DNA of 64,000 nucleotides from NCBI GenBank assembly GCA_028534125.1, contig CM052817.1, positions 86,306,001-86,370,000 of the forward strand. The letters are read 5' to 3'. Position numbers and translations under genes: made by a program. Of the stretch, positions 40,241-53,056 are shown one piece after another. The notes beneath the pieces were generated by a model, which saw only the letters and a list, made by a program, of their open reading frames with translations, ran no database searches and was not told the DNA's origin. The stretch's first letter is position 1. The number at the start of each line of letters is the position of its first letter. The stretch is from Lama glama (Eukaryota).

Positions 40241-43200
40241 TGGTGCAGAAAAAAATGATATCATAAAATCATAAATACAAATGCCTAAAATCACACAACA
40301 TAGAGTTGCAAAGGTTTTTAGAAAGAATATGCCAGGATGATGGAAAAGTTTCATATTTTGACTGAGAAATGATTAAGTATTTGCCCAGATTGATCAAATC
40401 TGTGCTATATATGTGGGGGGGGGGTGTGCACACACATATGTCAATAAGTAGCATGTGAAAAATTACATTCTGTTAGAATTTCTGTCTGCATAGTTCACTT
40501 TCATATGTAGTACTGAGCATATTTGATGTAATCCTGTTTCTAATATATACACAATATAGAGATGATATATAGAGATATATAGTATACATGTATTATAAAT
40601 TATATAAATGTTATTCACATTTACACACACACACACACCAGAATACAAATATCCATAAGAATGAGATCCAATAGAAAACAGAATTTGCAAATATCCTATT
40701 TAAAGAATGAAAATGTGTTGTCTCTTACTGTAATCCACATATATACTTGAAGTACAAATTTATGCTGTATTTAATTTGGTTTTTAATTTCATATGTTTCA
40801 GAGCCAGCTAGTCTCTGTCAACATTTCTTTGAGCCAAGATGTCTTTTATCAATTCTAAATTTTATTCTAGTTTCTTAACTTAAAAATATAAAGCATTTGT
40901 CAGCAATTTCTTAAGATGAAAAAAAGAAGTAATAATTAGGCTGCAATTCAAGTTTTACAGTGTCATATTTGCACCACTATAATTAATCGTCTTCAAGCTT
41001 TTCAGTTGCATTCTTCGTATATATTTTGTTATAATTATACTTCAAGAAAATCACTTCTCATTTTTTTTAAATTGAGGAGAAAATCAAAGATTATTTTTGA
41101 GCTAGAATATTTAACAAATTTTGCAAAGAAGTAAATAATTTATTCTTCAAATAGTATGACCATTCCTCTTCTCAACAATTTCACCTGGCTAACAGTATTT
41201 TGTTTGACAGTACTAGAATATAAACTGTTTAGAAACACTATACAAAAATTACATCAACTAAATAACAATTTGTGACCATTTCCTACACATACATGGATTA
41301 AATAGGGAAATATCTTTATGTGGATATAAAAAATTAATGATTAAGAAGGGAAAAATTATCTTACAGCAATATATTATCATTGAATTGTGTCATATATATT
41401 ATATAGTACTAAATATATTCACATTTTAAAATTTATATTTAAGTTCCATAAAGTCTTCAAAAATATTTTTTAGAGTAAGTTCATAAGAGGGCTGCAGAAG
41501 TTCAATACTAAATTAATGACGGCAAAGAGGACTCAGGCATGTATAAAACACTATGAATTTTTCTCAGACTGAGCCCTACTCCATCCACATTTGTGTTATA
41601 TTCCCTGTCTTTGCTGAGGTTTTTTTTCTTTTCTTTTTTTTTTTTTTTTTTTTGCCTTTTACCCAGACCTTTTCTGTTTCTTACACTTGTATCTGAGGTG
41701 GGAAATTTAGATATTTTACCAGTTCATTGTATGGTCTAGGTAATAAAATGTAGACTTGTTGCTACTTCTTAGAAACTAAATGAAGCTATAAACCTGAATG
41801 GGGAATACAATTAAAGGTCTATCATCTTAGTGGAAACAGGCTGAGATGTGACTTGCAGGTTTCTTTTTTTGTGTGATGGAATGTGTAGTGGGGGGTAGGG
41901 ATGCTGATGAAAGCCTTCTTCACTGACAAATTGCTTGTAAGCCAAGCATTGTTAGAGTAGCGACATTCTGGAGCAGTTACCAAGTATTCTTGCTCTCCAG
42001 AAATTTTGATCTTCAAAGAAGTTTTTTAAAAAAGTCCCTGAAAGTCTCAAGTTGAGATAACAGTTTCAAATGTCTATTTTTTAAATAAACATGTTTTCAT
42101 ACAATTTATTTCAAGTATGTTTTCTGGCTTAGTAATTAAATAATAATCTTGTGAAGGACAGTATCCAGTCAGATAACTTTTCTTCATTGCAAATTGTACG
42201 TTGCAATAATTCAGACACATACTAATCAACATCTAATTATTTAGAATTTAAATATTTTCAAATGTAACTAAGCTAATTTAAAAAATTAATTCAGAAAAAC
42301 TTTTTGTGTGTGTGTATGAACAATTGACTAAATTTTACTTTCCCTAAACTCATTGGAGTATTTGTAGTTATACCTTAAACCTTTTTCTTTTTTATACTGA
42401 GTCAATTTCTAGGAAGTCAAAAAAAGGTAGCTAGTGTATGCAACATTAAACAAAAATTACTTTTTTTTCCTGATAACTGTTTTTAAGATTTTACAGGAAT
42501 TAAATGTGTAATTTATAAACTGCAGCAACATAAACATTTATTAAATTATATTAAATGATTCATTTTAAAGATAAACTCACATATTCTCAGTATCTGAACA
42601 TAGTTTTTTAAAATATATATTATATATAAATTACTAATAATTGATACATATCAAAGTACTTAATATATATAAATTATATCTGATAAGTCTATCTTCAAAG
42701 CAATATGTTTATTGTGCACTAATATTGTACATTAAAATGTGACCATTACTATGTAATTTCAATATTATTTGACATATATTATAAAAAGAAAACAATGACT
42801 TAAAATATACAATGATGCAAACACACACACACACATACTCACCATGAAAAAGGTATGTACACCCACTGTAAGTCTTTATTTCTTGAGGAAATAATAGTCT
42901 AATTGTGAAATTTGGACACATACTTTAAAAAGGATTACAATATGTATGTATTTCTGAAATTTCAGTACTCTGACAAAAATACAAACAAATGAATAAATAA
43001 TTTTTGTCAAAAAGCACAGACATGATACTCCTAAGCAGTACACCAAAAATAAAGCAAGTATGAAAATCAGAAATACCACTGTCTTATTGTTCCTTGTGGC
43101 GGTTTAAGTAAACTAAATTATTCAATTTCCATAAAGAAAGTTGGGAAGCAATGTAGAAATCAGAAATAAAATAAACCTTTGTGCTATAATAAATACTAAA

Positions 43201-44189
43201 ATTATTACTAGATGTTCTGTTTCAAACCAGTTTTGTCAATGTAAGTATACATACAAATATTTATTTTCAGGGCTTCTTCAGTAATAATAATAATATAATA
43301 ATAAATACTTCATTGGTAAATAGATATTGAATTATGAGCTTCTCTATTCAGAGGTTATGGATTGACAAACTGTATCATCTACATTATTTCTCTATTTTTT
43401 AAAATTTTACTCTTATAAGTGTATCTGTGTGGAAAAGTAGAATTGTATTGTATACAGGTCAGATGGCTCAGTAATTGGATGATTAAATAATTATAGATCT
43501 ATGACAATTCCACTAAGTAAAATGATGAAGTCATGATTAGTATACTATAGGGTTTGTGATTCATAGATTCAGTTTTTCTGCATTGGATGTGTTCTCTCAT
43601 TTTATGGAAAACTTAAACCTCTGTACCACAACCTTTGGGAAGTCTCAAAATTGTTAGTGAAGCAATTTTATTGGCTTTGCATTACCTGTATGTGACCCTA
43701 AGGATATTTTCAGGATATTCTCTTTTCTCAATACCCAGACAAGCATATTTATATTACAGATCACACAACACAAAAGGTAAAATGACATACCTCAATATTT
43801 TATTAAAAATATTAAATTTCCCATTGGCATCTGAGTTACTATAAGTCTTTTGTGGATAGATTATTCCCTTTGCTCATTTAAAGAAGAATACAAATAGAGT
43901 ATTAAAAAAATTCCAATAGAAGAAGCTTAGAAGATTTGCTTTAGCAAATATTAAAACAATAGTTATCAGACTAAGGGTTCCAGGGTGGGATAAATTCTTC
44001 TTGAGACCAAAAATGTATATTAATGTATGATCTCATAAAATGATATATTTTATAGCCAAGTGGGAAAAGAGAAAGAATTTTTCTCTTAATAGGAAAAGTG
44101 GAAATAATTTCAAAGAAAATATCCTATAACCTTCAATTTTCATTGAATTTAACTATTTTTCCTAAAGTTTAGAGAAAGGAGACTGTTAC

Positions 44190-44390
44190 TTTATTTATTC
44201 ATGGCTTTAACACTTATTGAGTGCATATTAATTTTGGGGAGTATTTTAGGTACGAGATACAATAGATTAAAATCAGAACAACTTTCTGGTTTTTTGGAGA
44301 TTGCATCTAGAACAGAGAACATACAATAACAGATGGATAAACAAACATATAATATAATATCAGTTATAAGTTCTGTGAAGGAAAATCATG
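44190..44390 (-). mobile_element. LINE-2 3' end fragment
   Basis: TTTATTATTCA..ACACTTATTGAGTGCATATTA...TAGGTACGAGATACA...TGGAGATTGCATCTAG. Confidence 0.55.
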
Positions 44391-46626
44391 AGACACCAAT
44401 GCTTCAAGCTCTTTTCCTGGAGGTACACATTGAGCATATATTGTCTGCAGTTAAACTTCTACATATATGAATAAAACAAAACTAAGAAATATATTCATTG
44501 CTAGGTCTAGTCTTTATTCTTAATATTTTTAAATTTATTCTTACTAATTTAGTATTAAGGACAGTGATCTTAGAAAATATATCAATTTAATATGCTAGTA
44601 ATTATATCATGTTATACATTGTATATAAATGTATTATGCTGTTATGTAAATATATTATGCATTATCAACTAGGCATCCTAAAATTCAAGAAAGGAATAGA
44701 TAAATAAGTATTACTATAGCATTATTTTCATGTCTGCAGAAAGATTAGAGTTACATTTTGTCACTATTGTTACCCTCTTTTTTAAATAAATACTAAGTAT
44801 AAACACTTCAATATTAATGTGAAACATCATCTTAGATTTAATGTATCTTTCTTAGGTATTTTATATAGCTCTTCAAAATTGAGAAATTTGAAACAAAAAT
44901 AAGATTATAGAATGCAATTCATAAGAAAATGGATATGTAACAATTTTTTAAACCTAAGATTTTACAAAATACATATATATGAATATCTTTAATTCCTTTA
45001 TTAATTTCTATTATAAATTTAAATATTACAATGAAAATAAAGTTTATCAGGAAAATATAGAAGTGTATATGTAACATTAATTTTTATTCCCTCTGAAAAA
45101 TATGAATGTCATAGTCTTAATATCACTGTAGAAATATATTTAGTTCTCCTTTTTTATTGTGTAAGTAGTGTGAAACAATTGTCATTTAAAAATCCATGTG
45201 GACATAAATTTAAACCCTGGCTATGAAATTGCTTCAATATTAAGATGAGTTCTAGTGATAGGTTTTAAATTCCAATCTTTTAAAAAATATTTATATGTCT
45301 TTGATGAGCAATTTCTCATGTTCATTCCAATGAACAATAATGTCAGGATAATCAAAAACAAGAATTTCAATTCCAAACATATCTCCTGAGATGACATCAA
45401 TATAAAAGCAATTTTTATCTGGATAGGTTTTGAATTTTTACTATTTCTAGGGAATTTGTGTTGTTTCTTTATTGATGGTAAATAGCACAGTATTACTTAC
45501 TTTGATAGTAAGTCAGATTAATGTATTATGCCACATCATATTTGTTTCACATGCCACTCTCATGCAGAAAACATGATTTTTAAATCCTTCTTATCTATTC
45601 ATTTATCACTTTATTACTATGTACATTTAATACCTGTTTCACCTGCTATTTCACATCATTTTGATCTTCTATCACAAAATATCTTATGACAGCTTTTCTT
45701 TATTGTGTGTTTATATTTTCTGAAGACAATGTATATTAACTCACTTCATTCTCCCAATAACTCAATAAGGAACCATGTCATGGAGAGAACATGATCTCTC
45801 CTTGATCAGAGAGCAAGTCAAGGTGAGGACCCAGATTTTAGGCTAATAGCCTCTTCTACTGTCTATGCCTGTAATCACTAATGACAGGCTCTAAATAAAC
45901 ATTTCTCAGGAACTAATTTAGTGACTGAATGTATATGAGTTTGTATTTTATACATAAAATAATATGATACATTGTAATTTAATCATTTAAAATTTAAAGA
46001 ATATTCTTCAATATTTATTTTAAGTATATATTTGACATTTAATGTTTTCTCTCCTATTCTATAAATACATTTAAATATTAGTGTTTTGGGTAAAATCATA
46101 CAAAGAAATAATTTCAAATTTCTTTTTGCTTGAATAATTAAAAATTAATAGAAAAGTCAAAGATAGTTTTAGTATTATTTTAAAAACTTAAAAATACTTA
46201 ACTTCTGTAATTTTATATCTAGGCTAAATCTAATACAGTTTTAAATAAGGAAAACATCATATAAATTATATAGATGGATGTTAGATAGGTAGAGAAATGT
46301 CTGGGGTCAAAGAGTGAGGAAGTGTAGGACTTTAAGAAAAAGAAGAAAGGCATGCAAAGGAGACTAGAAACAACAGGAACTTTAAAAGCTAGTTACTTTT
46401 GTTTGATCAGAGTCAATGTTTGTAATGGGTTCATGAGACGACATGATTATTATCAAGAATGTAGTCAGTTTTGTGTGCCTAGCTTAGTCATATTTGAGTG
46501 CAATTCTACCAGAGAAAGTGAGAAATTACATTATAGTCACTTATTTCAGAAAAGTGAAAACTAGAAACAGAGAGAAGATATATAGGAGATTTTTTAAAAA
46601 GATCAATATTTGGTGACCTGTACATG

Positions 46627-47280
46627 TGAGAGAGGAAGCAGACAGGGAACAGCCATTCAAGGAATGCTACAGCAGTTAACATCAAAATGGTGGAAGATTG
46701 AATCCCCAGTAGGCCTTGAGGCTCAAGATGGTGGGAGATTTCACTTCTAGCAGACCTTGAGCTTCATTATACACCTATTGTAATATATTAGCATGATGAA
46801 TAACATGTTTGCAGGCCCTGTGACAGTCCCAAGGCTAGCCACAAAAGGTCAAAGAGTGGAAAATGGCCAACTTCCTGGGAATCCTAACCCCTTCCCCAGG
46901 CTAGTTAGACTGGTCCTTCCATTTATTAGCATATGAAGCCACTAAGCCCATAAAAACTGGCAACAGGGAGCCTCGTGGCTGCTGCCCTTTTTCGCTCCCT
47001 CCTTTGCAGACACCCGCACTCTGTCTGTGGAGTGTGTACCTACTTTTACTTCAGCCTGAGCACCCAATTCCCACACCTCTTTCCTTGACTTTCTCCTGCC
47101 TTACACTCTGTGCAGTATGTATCTCTCTAAATAAATTTACCTTTACTCAACTGTGGCTCGCTTTTGAATTCTTTCCTGCGCAAAGTCAAGGACCCACACT
47201 TAGCAGGGCATGTCCTAGGGGCTCAACCGAAGCCTGGGACATGACCCTTTTCCCATCCCACATCTGTTTTTCCTCCATCA
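46627..47280 (+). mobile_element. Complete ERV1-class solo LTR (MER41-like) with perfect 4-bp TSD
   Basis: TG at 46627 and CA at 47279-47280, flanked by CATG (46623-46626 and 47281-47284). TATA-like CATAAAAA ~46950; AATAAA 47130-47135; U5-like TTGAATTCTTTCCTGCGCAAAGTCAAGGACCCAC. Confidence 0.9.
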
Positions 47281-48539
47281 CATGTAGGTAATAGTGTAAA
47301 TGGTAACAAATGAGAGTATCAAAAGTAGAAAAGTTCACAGCTTAAGCAAAACTTGTTTGTTACAACATGGATAGAATCATATCCTTAAAAAGTATCAGTA
47401 TATCATCAGGCCTCTGAACAGAAATGCATGTACAGGTGAATGGATGATAGATAAAGACACAGATAGACAGACAGACAGACAGACAAAGATAGAGATATAT
47501 TACATGAGCATGCCCAAGAAAATTCACAGAATTAATTGCCATTCAATTTACTGTCCCTGAAGCAAAATCTGGAAGAAATGTTTCTCAAATCTTACACTCA
47601 CCATCCAACTTACTTTACTCCAAGTACAGATGGTAAAGGTTTTATGAGACTTTGCATCAAGTAAGTATCATAGAAAGACTGGACTAATGGTATGATAAGA
47701 AAGATAGCAGCTTAAACACATTTTAACATATTTAAACGTATCATTTCTAGTAGAAATTTAGACAGGAAAAAATACATATAATTTGACTGTGACAGTATGA
47801 ACATAGGTGGAATTCAGAAAGAGCCTTCAAGGGTTAGTAAGCAATAGGGAGGGGAAAAAATTAGCAAAATATAAAGCAATACCCAACAAAGTTTATCGAA
47901 AAAGTAATGCATTCCAGATAAGGGGAAGTACATAAATGTTTAATAGGAAACACTTTCTGGTAGGCAGCGGTTCTCTTTGTGTGATTTGAGTAAGAGGGCT
48001 ATCCATGTGAATGACGCGTCCCAGCCAAGCTGTGAGACTTCAATGTGAGCCATTTCCTTTCATTGTTTTCTGTGAATATGCCTTCTGCTGCTGCTTTTCT
48101 TCTTATGTAATACTTGAGCTCATAGGTTTATCTGATCGAGTTCTCTAGTTTAGAGGCAAATGAGAGGGCTGGCTAATTTTATGGCAAATTTAGTTGTTTT
48201 TTTTTTTTTTTTCTTCCTCCCCATACAATGTGCTTGAACCCTTATTAAGGCTTTATCATTCTAATCTCTTAAGTGATGGCACAGCAGTTTTAATTTGCAC
48301 CATCTAACACAATTATCTTTTAGAAAAGAAGTCATAATTATTTGTAACAGAAAATATAAATATGCCTTTGACCCTCCCAGTCTTTCAGATATTTGTATAA
48401 CTGTGTTGTCCAAATACGCTTTCTGAGTCTCCTTTGGTGTCATTGTTTATTTTAAGACAGACCAGCCACTGCCAGCTGTGGTTAACAAATGCTCTAAAAG
48501 AACAAAGGCAGGAGAGGCTACCTGACGTTGTGGGTGAAT

Positions 48540-48800
48540 AACCCTGTAGTACTCTGGGCTCTAGTAAGCCTGTCCGTGTTTGGATCCAGGCTGACCATAT
48601 CAGTTTTGTGATCTTGCAACTTTGACTTCTCAGTTCTTCATTTTCCTTATCTGTAAAAAAAACCAAAAAAAAAAACCAAAAAAAGAGGATAGTAACAATA
48701 ATGACTTAACTCCTATAGTAGTCATGTGGAATAAATGAATTAATATTTGTAAAGCAAATAGTGTGTAATATATAATAGAGTCTACACAAATGTTAAATAA
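48540..48800 (+). mobile_element. MIR SINE
   Basis: TGTGATCTTGCAAC...TCAGTTCTTCATTTTCCTTATCTGTAAAA...AATAAATGAATTAATATTTGTAAAGCA. Confidence 0.75.
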
Positions 48801-50966
48801 AACAAACTTGCTTATGTTGTTCAATAATACAGTTCTTTCTAGGATGTCAATTTAAAGATTTCATCATTAATTTTTTTTTCTGTATGATTAAGATTTAGTC
48901 AGTCAACACGTATAATTAAAATAGCACAGCCTTTGATTCATAGAAGGTACTCAATGCATTGTACATGTTATTAATCTTCACATTATTATAAGATAGTAAC
49001 TTAATTTTATTTGCTGAAAAATCAACAATGCAAGAAACTCTTAAGTTATGAAATGTAGCACAAATGAGCAAAAATATGTTTAAAATAATCATGTCTTCAA
49101 AAAGAAAATACACATATAAGGCTTCAGAAGGAAAGAAGAGAAGGAAAGTGTGCATAAAAGGGGTTTATAATATTTTATAATAAATATTGTGCAATAAAAG
49201 TATTGTGAAAAAAGTGAAATGAGTTAAATAACTAGAGATCATATACAAAATCATTGTTTTGAACATGGCACAATTCATAAAAGAGATAAAACATTCTAAA
49301 TAATGGAAATTTTTAGCTGAAGGATAATTAGGAAAGAATTCTTTGACCAACGAAAAATGAATATCTACCTCTCTTTATCAAAGCATGGGTCAGAGAGTTA
49401 CATGAAATCATGGAAGGTCCAACTGGTAACATCAGTTTAAGTATAAGGGACAGTAGTTACCTGGGAACAGAAATCACACCTGGACCATTAAGAAGAAAAG
49501 AACTACTTTTGAATTAGGTTAATAGGCAATATATTTAAAGATTGTGACACAAAATGACAGGCAGCCAATAACTAATAACTTGTCATGGTAAAAAATTAGG
49601 CTGGGATATGTGTCGTAACTGTGTAACACAAGAATATGGCAACTTCATGTCAAAAGACCACACTTTCATGCGTAAGTGTCTGGGAAATTAGAGGCCAACA
49701 TAATGAAGAATTAGATATCTACATGCTAAAAATCTGACAGATATAATAATAATGAATCTAGGTCAGTAGTTATTTATTTAAGGAAAAAAAGCAATAGTAA
49801 CAGCAATATAAAGTCATGGAGAACATAAGGCAAGTTAAGTAATAGCTATTCCCTCAGAAATTTTTTGGAACTTCCATCCATTTTGAGAATAAATGCACAA
49901 TGTAGAAGTCCTGTAATATATGAAAAGGAGGAACTTTACTAAATTCCAAATTTAAAAACTTTGTGATCTCTAGTGTATACTTTTAATATGCTTGCTAAAT
50001 TATGAAAATGAAACATCTCTATCACTTAATAAGATTAGTAGATTTTTTGTCCCATATAAATGGGCAGCATTAAAAAAAAATTTGAGAAATACTTCTCTAG
50101 GTGTTAAAAATTATCTGATTGACACTTGTAATTTCATCACCTCTCATACTATTTCAAGTCAAGAAGGAAACAATGAGTGCTACTCACCTGTTCTGGCAGT
50201 TTTTTAAAGCTAGTTGGAGTAACCCGTCTTTGTAATCTGATGCCTAGCTAAATGACATTGAGTTTCATTATATTCTTAAATTTCTAGTACAGGAAGAAAA
50301 TAATTTGTCTTTGATGCAAAATAGAAAGCAAAGAGCTCATTTGAGCATTGTACAGAGAATAAAAAAAAAGAAGGGGCTGACCTGGTGAAAATTACATATT
50401 CATGGAATATATTACAGTAAATTGTTCTGTTTCTAAACGAAATAATATAATCTTTAAATTGTAAATCTCCTTTGGCTGCAATGAGTTTTTCCTGCATCTG
50501 GACTACAATATAACATCTTTACTTGCTTATTAACGATATATGTTCTTCATTTTTCAAAACAAAGCCATTTTGGAAAAAGTATTTGCAAATAAAAACATAA
50601 AACTAGGCAATATTTTCTTCAAATGGTTATTTATACAAATAGGTTGTAATCTGATTTTTTTTTTTAACTTAAGAAAGGACCACTCTTGTGTTCTTCATGG
50701 TACTTTTAATAACAAAGTAAACTGAATCTTTCAATTTGGTGTTTCTTTTTACTTCTAGGAGAGTAATTATAACTGCTATACTTTGTATCTTTTCAATGTA
50801 ATTAAAAGTCATTTAAAATATGATATTGTTAGATATGGATCATAAATATATATTTGTATGCACAAAACAATATGTAATATATATAATAATATTGATATAC
50901 ATATATGCAAATGTAAACATATACACACTGATATATCCTAACACTACTCCAATTAGACCATACGTA

Positions 50967-50989
<23 letters not shown>
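50967..50989. repeat. (TG)n microsatellite
   Basis: Seen directly. Confidence 0.9.
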
Positions 50990-50997
<8 letters not shown>

Positions 50998-53042
50998 CAC
51001 CAGATGATATATATATCAGACTAGGCAACCTCTGGATCAGATATGATTTTTGAAGTTGAAATTGTAGGGTCAATACATACATAGTGTTCACACACACACA
51101 TATAAATACACAAAGACACAAATATCTGACTCCTGGGTTGGAGGAAGACATCTTATTTACTTAGAGAGTATCTTGCATTGGATTCTGCTGTTGGCCTTAA
51201 GTAAAAAAGAAAGTAATCAGGTTAATTTATTAAAGAAATCCCTGGAATAATTTTTAAATGTTAATTCCTTCTCAAGATTTTTATTTATTTTTCAATGTTA
51301 AGGTGTATTAAAATGACATTAAAGTGCAAATTGCATAGCAAGTAAACTTCGGAAAATACATTTTAAATTACATATTCTTTTAAAAAATACTGTTTCTGAA
51401 AACCTCTCTGTCTCATGCAGTTATTTATTTAAAATTGTTAAGTCATAAACTTGCTTTCCTCTATAACTAGCCACCCAGATTAAAAATGTTAGCAATCAGA
51501 TGAAATTGTAATTTTCTATACTTCAAAATTTTCCAAGTTCTGGTATCATTTAACTGTTTAAACACTTGGTCCTCATATAACTTGCTGAACTTTACTTATC
51601 ATTTAAATGAAATAAGCATTGAATCTCATCTAGCTAGTATTGATGAAGGTGTGAGTGAATTATCAGATTTAATACTATATTAATTTAATTTAATGTTTCT
51701 TTAGGGAGCACAGTTTCATGCTATTTCATGTTATGTTAGAATAAAAAAATGGGATTTTAAACCTTAGGCATTACATTGAAATACATAATTATGAGATTAT
51801 GGTAATACTTGTACACATTTATCCCTCTATTTGTATCCTAGTAGGCTGAAATATCACAGTATAATTTTCCAGTTCTGCTAATGTAAAATCCCCACAAGTG
51901 TCTATAATTATAAATACAAATAATACAAACATTTTTTTAAGATCAATAGAAATATTTGTCTAATTTATTGTTCTTAAGACTGTGCCTGAAGTCCTGCTTT
52001 CAGTGTTATTCAGTAAATTAGGAAAAATGTATTACTTGAAAATTAGATTCCTGACACCTAAGTCAGACTTCTTTATCTCTGAAACATAGACAATTTGTGC
52101 AAGTACAACTTACTTTTAAATTCAAATCTAATTCAATCATGTATTTAGGTTCATTTTATCAAAATCCTAATTAGAATATTCACAAAGAGCCAGACTTTCT
52201 ATTAAAAAATAAAGTTACAAAGATTAATTTCTTATTTGTAAATTCCAGTGGCTTCCTAAGTAAATGTCTTTTAGAATATGCTTTCTCCCAGTTCTAATTT
52301 GTGTTACAAAAATTATTTCTTATTGTTGAATTCTTTATGTATCTGCACTTATATTGACTGAGTTAGAAAGTAGACTCTGTTTCCTTCAGAATCTCCATAG
52401 TGTTATAAAATATGTCTTGTAAGGTTAATTAATTCCATAAAATGAAATTCCATTTTCAATTATTTGTATTAATGTACGAAGCAGATGTGAATAACCACAA
52501 ATCAATTTGTATTCATCCACAGAGAACATTTGAATTTATATTGGAATGTGGAAGTGTTGAAGATCTGAACTCAGTTAATATAATATAACCACATGAACAA
52601 GAATGTGATTAGAAGTTGCTAAGCTGTCAAATAGCCTCATCTTTCTCCAATACACAACTACTACACTCCTTGAAATTTCCTCTGGGGAGGAAACACTTTG
52701 TTTTCTCAGTTTTTCTTGTAATGTTTCCTTGAAGTGAGGTCTTTAGTTATTTGCAATTTATATCCCCTCTTTGTCTGCAAAGAAAAACTTTTAAACTGCA
52801 TGTATTCAATAGCAAACAGAGGAATTTGAGATGTCTACAAATGAATATTAATTAGAGTTGAAGTCTGAAGCAATTGTAATGGAGAAATAAAACAATGTGC
52901 TGTAACAAACCATTTTTATAAAACCCTGGAGTGATAATATCCAGAGTAATAATGAATGTATGGCAAAGTATAAAAAGATTTTCATAAAAGTATGGCTTGC
53001 GACTTCAGAAACATGAATGTATATACTATTAATTAACACTAT

Positions 53043-53056
53043 GAGTGCATACATTA
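53043..53056 (+). repeat. Left TSD of the HSPA8 retrocopy (GAGTGCATACATTA)
   Basis: 13/14 match to GAGTGCATACGTTA at 55309-55322; the mismatch is a CG/CA (CpG-type) difference. Confidence 0.93.
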
